Below are positions 1 to 9,113 of a stretch of DNA of 64,000 bases, one piece after another. Under the pieces are notes generated by a model. It had not been told where the DNA came from, did no database searches, and saw only the letters and a list, made by a program, of their open reading frames with translations. Source of the DNA: Verrucomicrobiota bacterium. GTDB taxonomy: Bacteria > Verrucomicrobiota > Verrucomicrobiia > Limisphaerales > UBA9464. The position numbers and the translations under genes are program-made. Location: assembly GCA_947454705.1 (NCBI GenBank), contig CANGKZ010000008.1, forward strand, positions 24,162 through 88,161. The letters run 5' to 3'. Each line of letters opens with the position of its first letter. Position 1 is the first letter of the stretch.

Positions 1-378
1 TATCTGCTGATCAGCGAAGCCACCTTGGAGGATCTCAATCGACGGATTCCCGGAGGAGGTTCGCTGTTGATGAACCGGTTTCGGCCCAACTTGGTCGTCT
101 CCGGTTGCGACGCGGGTGCCGAGGATCTTCTCCCGGAGATCAGCGATGTGTCGGACGAGGTGCAGTTCCTGGCGGTGAAACCGTGTACGCGTTGCAGCAT
201 CACCAATACCGATCAGTCCACCGCCGTCGTCGGAGTTGAGCCGTTGAAGACGCTGGCGGGGTATCGTCGGGATCCACGCTTCAAAGCCCCGGTTTTGGGG
301 CAAAATCTGATCCTGCTGAAGGGCGCCGGGAATCGATTGCGACGCGGGCAGGAATTTGAGCTCGGGCGTGCCGACTGA
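1..378 (+). CDS. MOSC domain-containing protein, C-terminal part (5' end outside window)
   Basis: The frame is open to the window edge (YLLISEATLEDLN...). Motifs FRPNLVVSG and KPCTRCSITNTDQ match the MOSC beta-barrel with its conserved Cys (YcbX-like), recalled from memory. Confidence 0.75.
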   Translation, partial: YLLISEATLEDLNRRIPGGGSLLMNRFRPNLVVSGCDAGAEDLLPEISDVSDEVQFLAVKPCTRCSITNTDQSTAVVGVEPLKTLAGYRRDPRFKAPVLGQNLILLKGAGNRLRRGQEFELGRAD

Positions 379-418
379 AGTTTGCCAGCAGTTCCGATTT
401 CCGCTTCATTGGGCGGCC

Positions 419-2368
419 ATGCGCTCGCGCAGTTTTCTCTTTCTGAATCCGCTTGCCCCCATCGCCTTCGGTACGTCGCTCGTTGCGGCTTCCGTACTGA
501 CCGCCCGTGCCGAGGCCCCCATGCAGGCCCCGCCGCCTTCGTTCTCGATCGAGCCCTATTTCCAAACCGATGCGCGGTCCAAGGTGGATCAGGCCGAGGC
601 CGACATCCGCTCGCCGCGCGTGGGCATCGACCTGACCGGCATCTGGCTGCTGCCGCCGCGCTGGCGTATCAGCGTTGGAGCAGGGATCGAGCACGACCAC
701 TACCGCTTGTTCAATTTTGGTCTTCTGATTCCCGGCGCTTCAGAGCCGATTCGCGACGCGTTTCGGGTTCGGGTCGCTCCGGTGATCAGCTACGTGGTGG
801 ATGAACGTTGGGCGGTGGTCGGAGGACTCACGCCGGAATGGAGTGGCGATCCAGATGCTGACATCGCGCGTTCCATGGCCTTCGGCGGATTCGTCGGGGC
901 CCGTCGTCAGTTTACGCCGCGTTTTGCGATGACCTTCGGCGGAATGGCATCCACGCGATTGGCCGACACTCCGCGATTCCTGCCGCTGGTGGGAGTGGAA
1001 TGGCAGATTTCAGAGCGCTGGCGGCTTGGCACCCAGGGCGCAGGCGGTCGGTTGAGCTACGACTGGCGCACGGCCAAGGAGGGCAAACCGCTGACGGCGT
1101 ATCTTCGGATGTCGTATGAAAGCCGTGAGTTCCGCTTTTCCGAGGATTCCTCGATTCCGGATGGCGTGTTGCGCGATCAGGCGTTCCCGGTCGGGCTTGG
1201 ACTCGAATGGCAGGCCACGCCGGTGGCGGCGGTGACGTTGGAACTCGGATCCACCATGTCGGGCTCGATCCGCATTCGCGATCGAGACGATCGCACGGTG
1301 CTCGACCGCGATCTGAAGTCGGGAAGTTATCTTCGCGTTGGCGTGCGCATGCCGGTGGGCTCGACCCCGGCGGCCGATTCCGCAACTTCCTCCAGCATCA
1401 CCCAGGGTACCACTGGCGAAGAGGCCAAGCTGTCGGGACACGTGTTCTCCGCGTGGGAGGAGAACGATTCGATGACCGGCACGGATGCGAACTATTCGCA
1501 GGGCCTGCAGTTCTCGTACCTCGCGCCTGAATCCGAATGGGGTTCGATGTCCAAATCGATCGCGTGGTTCGGCGAAGGCATTCCTGCACTCGGCTATCAA
1601 GTGGAGCGCGGACGCTTTGCCTTTTCGACGGGGCAGGTGATGTACACGCCAGTCGACATTCACACCAACACGCTTCAGACGTTGGATCGTCCCTACGCGG
1701 GATGGATTTTCTTCGCACCTGCGGTTCAACGCCGCGGGCAAACCTCCTCGGGCAATGCGGTGCTCGAAGAGCTAAAGCTGAATCTCGGTTGGATGGGTCC
1801 AGGCGCGCTTGCGGGGGAATCGCAGAACTTCATTCATCGCAACTTTGCCATCGGTCTCGCCGAGGGCTGGACGCATCAGCTCCACAACGAACCGACCGGC
1901 GACCTCACGCTCGCGCGCGCGTGGCGTCACACGCTCGCCGGCGACCGCGATGGCGGATGTGTGGAGTTCATCGGACACGGAGCGTTCACCGGAGGCACGC
2001 CACGAACCGAGGGGATGCTCGGTGGATTGATCCGGATCGGTGTGAATCTGCCGGATGATTTCGGTCAGCCCACGATTCTGTCCTCGCTGCCGCACACGGC
2101 CGGGGTGCCTCGTTCCTTTGGTGTTCACCTCTTTGCCGGGATCGAGGGACGCGCCACGGCTTACGACAGTTTTGTCGATGGAAACATTTGGCGCTCGAGC
2201 CACAGCGTGGCCGGTCGACCGGTGGGATTGGAAAGCCGGGTGGGCGTTGCGGTGACGTGGCACTCGGTGGATCTCGGATTCACCTACGCGCGTCAGAGCC
2301 CTGATTTCAAAGGGCAGCCCGGTGGGAATCACGATTACGGGTCCCTCTGGATGAATTGGAGGATTTGA
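419..2368 (+). CDS. Outer-membrane beta-barrel-like protein with LpxR/DUF2219-like (lipid A 3-O-deacylase family) C-terminal half
   Basis: Internal ATG at 419 gives a signal-peptide-like start (MRSRSFLFLNPLAPIAFGTSLVAASVLTARAEA). The track start at 356 would overlap the upstream gene. The N-half is rich in alternating beta-strand patterns. The C-half from SAWEENDSMTGTDANYSQGLQFSY onward resembles the DUF2219/LpxR family from memory. Confidence 0.6.
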   Translation: MRSRSFLFLNPLAPIAFGTSLVAASVLTARAEAPMQAPPPSFSIEPYFQTDARSKVDQAEADIRSPRVGIDLTGIWLLPPRWRISVGAGIEHDHYRLFNFGLLIPGASEPIRDAFRVRVAPVISYVVDERWAVVGGLTPEWSGDPDADIARSMAFGGFVGARRQFTPRFAMTFGGMASTRLADTPRFLPLVGVEWQISERWRLGTQGAGGRLSYDWRTAKEGKPLTAYLRMSYESREFRFSEDSSIPDGVLRDQAFPVGLGLEWQATPVAAVTLELGSTMSGSIRIRDRDDRTVLDRDLKSGSYLRVGVRMPVGSTPAADSATSSSITQGTTGEEAKLSGHVFSAWEENDSMTGTDANYSQGLQFSYLAPESEWGSMSKSIAWFGEGIPALGYQVERGRFAFSTGQVMYTPVDIHTNTLQTLDRPYAGWIFFAPAVQRRGQTSSGNAVLEELKLNLGWMGPGALAGESQNFIHRNFAIGLAEGWTHQLHNEPTGDLTLARAWRHTLAGDRDGGCVEFIGHGAFTGGTPRTEGMLGGLIRIGVNLPDDFGQPTILSSLPHTAGVPRSFGVHLFAGIEGRATAYDSFVDGNIWRSSHSVAGRPVGLESRVGVAVTWHSVDLGFTYARQSPDFKGQPGGNHDYGSLWMNWRI

Positions 2369-2382
2369 GCCTGCCGGCAGAA

Positions 2383-2626
2383 GTTGAAGGGTTAAAAAGT
2401 TGAAGCGTTGAAGGGGAATCCGAGACTGCGGCGAGGGTTTTCTCATTCGTTTGGAGTCCCATCTTCAGACGGTTAGGGGAGGCGTGTTTCGAGGCGTCCC
2501 GGCGGTTGATTTCCAACCTTTCGATGGCCCCTTGTCCAACAGCAAAGCCGCGTAAACGCGGTACTCCGAACATGTGAGGAGCTCCGTCTTTCCCCCTTCA
2601 ACCCTTCAGCGCTTTAACCCTTCAAC
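2383..2626. repeat. MITE-like intergenic element, family A (TTGAAGGGTTGAA-type inverted arms plus TTTGGAGTCCC...GGTACTCCGAA core)
   Basis: Left arm is gttgaagggttaaaaagttgaagcgttgaagggg and right arm is ccccttcaacccttcagcgctttaacccttcaac (inverted). The core is homologous to 34722..34967 and, reversed, to 37734..37853. It starts 15 nt after the stop at 2368. Confidence 0.8.
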
Positions 2627-2639
2627 TTGCCCCGCAAAC

Positions 2640-3857
2640 TCAAGCCTCCCCGAGAACAATGGCCCGGTCGTGGTCTTGGACCTTCACGCGTCCGGCCAGC
2701 CAGATGCTCAAGAGGCTGGCGGCCACGGCCGCCCAACCAAGCCAGGCGTATCCCGTGATGCGATGATCGGGGCCGGTCTGCACCACCCAACCACCCACGC
2801 CCGAGGCGACACCCGCAGTGATGTCGCGAACGCAACTCACCAGGCTCATGAACGAGCCACGATGACTCCGTGGAACGGCGAGGGAAACGATGGCCTGTCC
2901 GGGCACGAAGCGTCCGCTTGCGAATCCGAAGAACAGCGCAGCCATCACCAGCACGGCCCACAGCGGAAGCGGTCCGGCGTGGGTGAGCCAAAGCGTCACC
3001 GCGCAGGCCACGAACACCAGGAGCCCAAATGTGCGGTGCCGGCCGAACCGATCGGCGAGTGTACCAATCTTGGGCGACACGATCACCGTCACCACGCCAC
3101 CCACAAAATACACGAGAAACAGATGCCGCTCGGGAAGCCCGACGTTCCCCACCAAATAAGGCGACAGAAACGGGATGACTGTGAAGTGACCAAAGATCAT
3201 GGCCGACATGAACAGCAGCGCGCGTCCGGCATTGGCATCGCGCAGCAGGTCGCGGAACGGGTGCAGTTTTTCCCCGGTCTTCGTTCGCAAATGTTCACGA
3301 ACCGACGGAAGTGCCTTCCACAGGACGATCCACATGATCGCCGACAGCGCTGCGAGGAGGAAAAACGGAGCCTCCCAATCAAAGCGCTGGGCGAGCCAGA
3401 GTCCGGCCGGGATTCCGATGGCTGCGGCCACCGAGAACGCAGTCATGACGATTCCGAGCCCGTGCGCACGGCGTTCGGGCGGAACGATGTCGCTGACGAT
3501 GGCCATGACCAGCGAACCGGAAACTCCGCCGAATGCCCCGCAGATCACGCGGGAGAGCATGAGCGTATTCGCGCTGTGGGACATCGCGCAGGCGAGCGTG
3601 CCGAGGGCAAAGCCGGCGTAGGTGATCAACAGCAGCGGGCGGCGATCATACCGGTCCACAAATGTGGCAGCCACGAGCCCGATGATTCCCGCACTGAGCG
3701 TGTAGGCCGAGACCAGCGCGCTGAAGGTGGATGGGCCCACGGCCAGATCGCGCATCAACTGCGGTCCAAGCGGCATCATGATCATGAAGTCCATGATGTG
3801 CGTGAACTGAACCGCCGCGAGGAGCAGCAGCAGGGCACTTTCAGGCCGGCGGTTCAT
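2640..3857 (-). CDS. MFS transporter
   Basis: 405-aa polytopic protein with an MFS-like N-terminus (FTHIMDFMIMMPLGPQL) and loop motif VDRYDRRPLL. It lies 35 bp downstream of the RND pump on the same strand. Confidence 0.85.
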   Translation of the reverse strand: MNRRPESALLLLLAAVQFTHIMDFMIMMPLGPQLMRDLAVGPSTFSALVSAYTLSAGIIGLVAATFVDRYDRRPLLLITYAGFALGTLACAMSHSANTLMLSRVICGAFGGVSGSLVMAIVSDIVPPERRAHGLGIVMTAFSVAAAIGIPAGLWLAQRFDWEAPFFLLAALSAIMWIVLWKALPSVREHLRTKTGEKLHPFRDLLRDANAGRALLFMSAMIFGHFTVIPFLSPYLVGNVGLPERHLFLVYFVGGVVTVIVSPKIGTLADRFGRHRTFGLLVFVACAVTLWLTHAGPLPLWAVLVMAALFFGFASGRFVPGQAIVSLAVPRSHRGSFMSLVSCVRDITAGVASGVGGWVVQTGPDHRITGYAWLGWAAVAASLLSIWLAGRVKVQDHDRAIVLGEA

Positions 3858-3892
3858 GGAGTCGGATCAAACTGGATACAGCTCGCGGGGAA

Positions 3893-6800
3893 TCAATGTT
3901 GGGTCGTGGATGCAGGTGCCGGTGCGGGAGTCGGAGTTTTCGCACTGCGTGGACCGAACCGCGCGGCGAGCTTCATGATGACGGTGTAGAAGACCGGAGT
4001 CAGGAACAAACCGAAGATTGTGACGCCGATCATGCCGGCAAACACCGCCACGCCCATGGCCTGACGCATCTCGGCGCCCGCGCCGTGGGATTTCACCAGC
4101 GGGAATACGCCGGCGATGAAGGCGATCGACGTCATCAAAATCGGACGCAACCGGAGCCGGCAGGCTTCCAGTGCGGATTCCACGATGCCCTTGCCGCTGT
4201 CCTGGGCCGACCGCGCGAATTCCACGATGAGGATCGCGTTCTTGCAGGCAAGGCCGACCAGCACGATGAGGCCGATCTGGGTGAAGATGTTGTTGTCACC
4301 GCCCTGGATCAGCACGCCGATCATCGCGCTGAGCAGACACATCGGAACGATCAGGATGATGGCGATCGGCAGCGTGAGGCTCTCGTACTGCGCCGCGAGG
4401 ACCAGGAAGACAAGCAGGATGCACAGCGGGAACACCAGCAGGCCGGTGTTGCCGGCGAGCCGCTGCTGGTAGGCGAGCTCGGTCCATTCCATGGCCATGC
4501 CGGGAGGGAGTCCCTGCCGAACCAGCGTCTCGATGAAGGCCTCGGCCTGGCCCGAGCTGAATCCGGGTGCCGGAGCGCCGTTGATTTCCGCCGCAGGATA
4601 GCCGTTGTAACGCATCACGCGGTCGGGTCCGTAGGATTCCTTCACGTTGACCAGCGTTCCGAGCGGCACCATCTGGCCGCGGTCGTTGCGGGTCTTGAGG
4701 CGGGCAAGGTCATCCGGTCGCGCCCGGAACGGTGCATCCGCCTGAGCCACCACCTTGAAGGTCCGGCCAAAACGGTTGAAATCGTTCACGTACAGCGAGC
4801 CGAGATAAATCTGGAGGCTCTCAAACAGGTTCTGCAACGGCACTCCCTGCGACTTGGCTTTTTCGCGATCCACGGCGGCATCGATCTGCGGGACGTTGAT
4901 CTGATAGGTGGAATAAACGCCCTGCAACACGTTGGTCTGATAGCACTGACCGATGATTCCCCACGTGGTGCCGTAGAGGGCATCGCCGCCGAGGTTCTGT
5001 CGATCTTCCAGGAACAACTTGAATCCGCCTCCGGTGCTCAGACCGTTCACGGGCGGAGCGTTGATGACGATGGTTCGCGCCTCCTGGATGGTGGAGAACG
5101 CCTCGATCAATTTGGCGCGAATCCCGTTGGCGGAGAGTTCGTGCGACTGGCGTTCCTCGAACGGAGCGAGGGTGATGAAGGTGATCCCTGAATTGGGGCT
5201 CGCGGTGAATCCGTTGGGCGAGAGACCCGGGAAGGCGACCGATGCCTTCACGCCGGGGACCTTCAAGGCCAGCTCGGTCATGCGGCGGACGACAGCGTCG
5301 GTGCGATCGAGCGACGCGGCATCAGGCAGCTGCGCCACGCAGATGAGGTACTGCTTGTCCTGCTCGGGAATGAATCCCGCGGGAACCGCCTGGAACACCT
5401 TGCCGGTGAGGAAGAGAAGTCCGCCGTAGATCAGCAGGCACACCAGGCTCTTGCGGATCACGCTGGCGACGCCGCGTGCGTAGGCCGAAGAAGCCCTCTC
5501 GAAGAAGTGATTGAACGGACGGAAGAGCCAGCCGAACAGGGCGCTGATGATTCGCGAAACGCGGTCGGGCTTTTCATGATGGCTGCGGAGAAGCACCGCG
5601 GAAAGGGCGGGGGACAGCGTGAGGGAGTTGAAGGCCGAGATCACCGTCGAGATCGCGATGGTGATGGCGAACTGTTTGTAGAACTGGCCGCTCAATCCGC
5701 TAATGAACGCCGTGGGGATGAATACCGCGCAGAGCACCAGCGCCGTGGCCACAATGGGACCGGTCACTTCATCCATGGCCCGCCGCGTCGCGTCGTAAGG
5801 GGAGAATCCGAGCGCGATGTTTCGCTCCACGTTTTCAACGACCACGATGGCATCATCCACCACAATGCCGATGGCCAGCACGAGACCGAACAATGAAAGC
5901 GCATTGATCGAGAACCCGAGCGCGGACATCACCGCAAAGGTTCCCACAAGCGAAACCGGCACCGCCACGAGCGGGATGATCGAGGCCCGCCAGGTTTGCA
6001 GGAATAGCAGCACCACGATTACCACCAGGATGATGGCTTCGAACAACGTGTGAACCACGGCGTCGATCGACTTCGAGACGAAGACCGTCGGGTCGTACTC
6101 CACCACGTAGTCCATTCCGGCGGGGAAGTTCTTCTTCAGCTCCGCCATGGTCTTGCGGACGTTCGCGGACAGCTCGAGGGCGTTGCTCCCGGGCTGTTGG
6201 AAGATGGGAAGGGCGACGGCGGACCTGTTGTTCACCAGGGAACGCAGCGCGAACTCCCCTGCACCCAATTCGATACGCGCCACATCGCGCAGCCGGACGG
6301 TTTCTCCATGGGTCCCGGATTTGAGGATGATGGCGCCAAATTCTTCCTCGGTGATGAGGCGGCCCTGGGTGTTGATCTGAAGCTCAAAGCCGACCGGACT
6401 GGTGACCGGCTGCTGGCCCACCGCGCCGGCGGCGACCTGCACGTTTTGCTCGCGGATGGCGTTTACCACATCGCTCGCCGTGAGACCGCGCGAGGCGACC
6501 TTGTCCGGATCCAACCAAACGCGCATGGCGTAGTCGCCGGAACCGAAGATCTGCACCTGTCCCACGCCCGGGATGCGTGCGAGCACGTCCTTCACCTGCA
6601 GTGCGGCGTAGTTGCGGACGAAGATGTCATCATAGGTGCCATCGGAAGTCAGATGCACGACCATGGTGAGGTCGGGCGTGGACTTGATGGTGAGCACGCC
6701 GAGACGTCGAACATCCTCGGGCAGCTTCGGCAGCGCCTGCGACACGCGGTTTTGCACCAGCACCTGGGCCTGGTCGATGTCGGTCCCGAGTTTGAAGGTG

Positions 6801-7081
6801 ACCGTGAGGGTCATCACGCCGTCGCTGGTGGCCTGGGAGAAGATGTAGAGCGAGTTCTCCACGCCGTTGAGCTGCTGTTCGAGCGGAACGGCGACGGTTT
6901 CAGAAATGGTCTTGGGATTTGCGCCGGGATAAACGGCGCGAACCACGATCTGGGGAGGGGTGACCTCGGGGTATTCGCTGATCGGAAGCCGGAAGAGGCT
7001 GATCAGACCGACGACGAAGATCAGCACCGAGAGAACGGCGGCGAAGATCGGACGTCGGATGAAGAAATGGGAAAAGTTCAT
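3893..7081 (-). CDS. RND efflux pump inner-membrane permease (AcrB/HAE1 type)
   Basis: 1062 aa with the canonical start MNFSHFFIRRPIFAAVLSVLIFVVGL. Size and 12-TM organisation are typical of AcrB-family pumps. Confidence 0.95.
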   Translation of the reverse strand: MNFSHFFIRRPIFAAVLSVLIFVVGLISLFRLPISEYPEVTPPQIVVRAVYPGANPKTISETVAVPLEQQLNGVENSLYIFSQATSDGVMTLTVTFKLGTDIDQAQVLVQNRVSQALPKLPEDVRRLGVLTIKSTPDLTMVVHLTSDGTYDDIFVRNYAALQVKDVLARIPGVGQVQIFGSGDYAMRVWLDPDKVASRGLTASDVVNAIREQNVQVAAGAVGQQPVTSPVGFELQINTQGRLITEEEFGAIILKSGTHGETVRLRDVARIELGAGEFALRSLVNNRSAVALPIFQQPGSNALELSANVRKTMAELKKNFPAGMDYVVEYDPTVFVSKSIDAVVHTLFEAIILVVIVVLLFLQTWRASIIPLVAVPVSLVGTFAVMSALGFSINALSLFGLVLAIGIVVDDAIVVVENVERNIALGFSPYDATRRAMDEVTGPIVATALVLCAVFIPTAFISGLSGQFYKQFAITIAISTVISAFNSLTLSPALSAVLLRSHHEKPDRVSRIISALFGWLFRPFNHFFERASSAYARGVASVIRKSLVCLLIYGGLLFLTGKVFQAVPAGFIPEQDKQYLICVAQLPDAASLDRTDAVVRRMTELALKVPGVKASVAFPGLSPNGFTASPNSGITFITLAPFEERQSHELSANGIRAKLIEAFSTIQEARTIVINAPPVNGLSTGGGFKLFLEDRQNLGGDALYGTTWGIIGQCYQTNVLQGVYSTYQINVPQIDAAVDREKAKSQGVPLQNLFESLQIYLGSLYVNDFNRFGRTFKVVAQADAPFRARPDDLARLKTRNDRGQMVPLGTLVNVKESYGPDRVMRYNGYPAAEINGAPAPGFSSGQAEAFIETLVRQGLPPGMAMEWTELAYQQRLAGNTGLLVFPLCILLVFLVLAAQYESLTLPIAIILIVPMCLLSAMIGVLIQGGDNNIFTQIGLIVLVGLACKNAILIVEFARSAQDSGKGIVESALEACRLRLRPILMTSIAFIAGVFPLVKSHGAGAEMRQAMGVAVFAGMIGVTIFGLFLTPVFYTVIMKLAARFGPRSAKTPTPAPAPASTTQH

Positions 7082-7115
7082 GCGTCGGGGGCCGGCCGCG
7101 AAGCCGGGCGGACTT

Positions 7116-8282
7116 TCAATGCGTCGGCGCGACGGCGGCGACGTGGTTGGTGGCGGACGCGGTGACCGGCTTCACGGGCATGCCGGGGAACATGATCCGC
7201 TGGAGGCCATTCACCACCACGCGGTCGGAAGGAGTCAGCCCGGTGCGAATCACCCGGCGTGTGCCGTCGAATCCCCCGAGACTCACGATCCGCTTCTCGA
7301 CCAAATTTGAGGCATTCACCGTGTAAACAAACTTCAAGCTTTGCTCGGTGAGCAGGGCTACTTCGGGAATCAGCAGTACGTTCTCCCGTGCGCTCGTGGG
7401 CACGCGCACGCGGGCGAAGAGCCCCGGCACCAGGCGGCCATCGGCGTTGGGAATTTCCGCGCGGAGCAGAATGCTTCCGGTGGCCGGATCGACCCGGTTG
7501 TCGAAGTGTTCAATCACTCCCTGGAACGGATGCTCCTTGGAATCCGCGAGGCCCATCTCGACGGCAATTCGACCGTCCTTGTCGTGGGTGAGTTTTCCAT
7601 CCCGTTCCAGCGCCTGGATGCGGAGGTAGGAGGCTTCATCGACATCCACGTAGGCATGGATCGGATCGCTCTTCACGACCACCGCGAGAAGGGTGGTGAA
7701 TCCGTCCACGCCCGACACGTTGTTGCCCACCGTGACGATGGCGCGTCCGATGCGTCCGGCGATGGGCGACTTCACCTGGCAGTATCCCAGCTCGATCTTG
7801 GCGGTGTTGACCGCCGCTTCAGCGGCTGCAAGCGCGGCCGCGGCATCGCGGGCCTTCCACTGGCGGGTGTCGGCCTCCTCTGGCGACAGCGTGTTACTCG
7901 CGATGAGTTTGGCTCCGCGGGCGGCCTCGCGCTGGGCGATTTCAAGGCCCACGCGGGCGCGTTCCAAGTCCGCCTCGGCGTGCTTGAGTGCGGTTTCCTT
8001 GGGACGCGGATTGATGACAAAGAGGACCTCGTCCTTGGCCACGAGCTGGCCGGGCTTGAATCGCACTTCGGTCAGAAACCCGGACACGCGCGGACGAATC
8101 TCCACCGTCTCGGAGGCGTCGAGCCGTGCGGTGAACTCCGTGGTTTCGGTTCGCGCCTGCTGATCCGGCAGGGCCACGGTGACCTCCTGAATCGGAGGCA
8201 TTCCGCCGCCGGTGGGGTGCGGTCGGCACCCGGAAATCAGAACGGCCAGAACAGTCGGGACGAGAAATTGGAGCGGACGCAT
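7116..8282 (-). CDS. RND efflux periplasmic adaptor (membrane fusion protein), probable lipoprotein
   Basis: Internal ATG at 8282 gives MRPLQFLVPTVLAVLISGC, a lipobox-like signal. The body has HlyD/AcrA-like coiled-coil and beta-barrel segments. It ends 34 bp upstream of the pump gene. Confidence 0.9.
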   Translation of the reverse strand: MRPLQFLVPTVLAVLISGCRPHPTGGGMPPIQEVTVALPDQQARTETTEFTARLDASETVEIRPRVSGFLTEVRFKPGQLVAKDEVLFVINPRPKETALKHAEADLERARVGLEIAQREAARGAKLIASNTLSPEEADTRQWKARDAAAALAAAEAAVNTAKIELGYCQVKSPIAGRIGRAIVTVGNNVSGVDGFTTLLAVVVKSDPIHAYVDVDEASYLRIQALERDGKLTHDKDGRIAVEMGLADSKEHPFQGVIEHFDNRVDPATGSILLRAEIPNADGRLVPGLFARVRVPTSARENVLLIPEVALLTEQSLKFVYTVNASNLVEKRIVSLGGFDGTRRVIRTGLTPSDRVVVNGLQRIMFPGMPVKPVTASATNHVAAVAPTH

Positions 8283-8385
8283 GGGCTTGAAATCGAGTCT
8301 GTGTCGGACGGGATGCAACGAACCGCGGGTCACCTGAAAAGAAAACCGTGGAAACCGGGAAAACCGAAACCGCCCCGGAAGGCGG

Positions 8386-8721
8386 TCATTCGGCGAGGCT
8401 GAGAATGGAGCGATCCAAGATCTGCTTCTGGCGACGGTGCCAGCCGACGGAGGAAAGAATCCGCTCCTCGGCGAGAAGGGGAAGCACCAAAAGTGGTTCC
8501 TCGGTTTCGAGGGCCATGGCCTCCGCCTGGCGGACGGCGGCACGGATCTCGCGGTGCGGAAGCAGCCCGTCGTATTCAAAGGCCAGGCCGACCACGGTGC
8601 GCCGGGAAAGTTCGGAAAAGGACGCCTGGGACTGCCCCAGGTTTGATCCATGCTGCGCCAACCCAAGCGCCAAAAAAGGACGCAATGAACGGTTCTTGTT
8701 GTGGGAAACCACCTCTCTCAT
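8386..8721 (-). CDS. Hypothetical protein (111 aa)
   Basis: ATG at 8721 (the track uses GTG at 8730). Third codon positions look GC-rich by eye. A small hairpin plus T-rich tract follows the stop on the minus strand (accgcc-ttccgg-ggcggt then ttcggtttt, about 8360..8386). No family was recognised. Confidence 0.35.
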   Translation of the reverse strand: MREVVSHNKNRSLRPFLALGLAQHGSNLGQSQASFSELSRRTVVGLAFEYDGLLPHREIRAAVRQAEAMALETEEPLLVLPLLAEERILSSVGWHRRQKQILDRSILSLAE

Positions 8722-8750
8722 GAGCGCCACTTTCGCTTAGTTTACCGATC

Positions 8751-8763
8751 GGTCAAGTTGACC
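8751..8763. promoter_or_regulatory. Perfect 13-bp palindrome GGTCAAgTTGACC (candidate operator or -35-like element)
   Basis: Read directly from the sequence. It lies between the TetR-family gene and the small ORF/RND operon. The functional assignment is speculative. Confidence 0.3.
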
Positions 8764-8797
8764 TCGGTGACAATTTTTTGGGGAAGGCCGGAGCGGC

Positions 8798-9065
8798 AGT
8801 TGAAGGGTTGAAAAATGGAAGGGTTGAAGGGGAATCCGACGCTGCCACGAGGCTCCGTCAAAAGCGGTAGAGGACTACCGCAGTCCAAGACCTGGCGGAT
8901 TTCGACGCACGCGGAATGGAGTCGCGATAGCGTCGTGGAGTGCGCGAGTCCTCTGGCGCTTTGGGATGCACGAGGCGCGTTCGATCCTACTCGTGTGCGC
9001 CTTCTCGCCGATGCGCTTTGCATCCGCTCTCCCCTTCAACCCTTCAACTTTTTTAACCCTTCAAC
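8798..9065. repeat. MITE-like element with family-A arms around a different (family C) core
   Basis: The arms gttgaagggttgaaaaatggaagggttgaagggg / ccccttcaacccttcaacttttttaacccttcaac match family A. The interior is unrelated to the 2383 and 34722 cores. It contains gtcgcgatagcgtcgtggagtgcgcgagtcctctggcgctttgg, which recurs inverted at 61114..61174. Confidence 0.8.
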
Positions 9066-9113
9066 TGCCGGATTCAGGCTCAACCGTTCAACTGCTGCTG
9101 CTTCCCGTCCCGG

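Noticed and set aside
7116-8666. Full 516-aa version of the adaptor ORF (extra 128 N-terminal residues)
   Set aside because: The extension is Pro/Arg/Ser-rich and has no adaptor features. The internal ATG at 8282 yields a classical lipoprotein signal (LISGC). The extension would also overlap the small ORF and terminator region.
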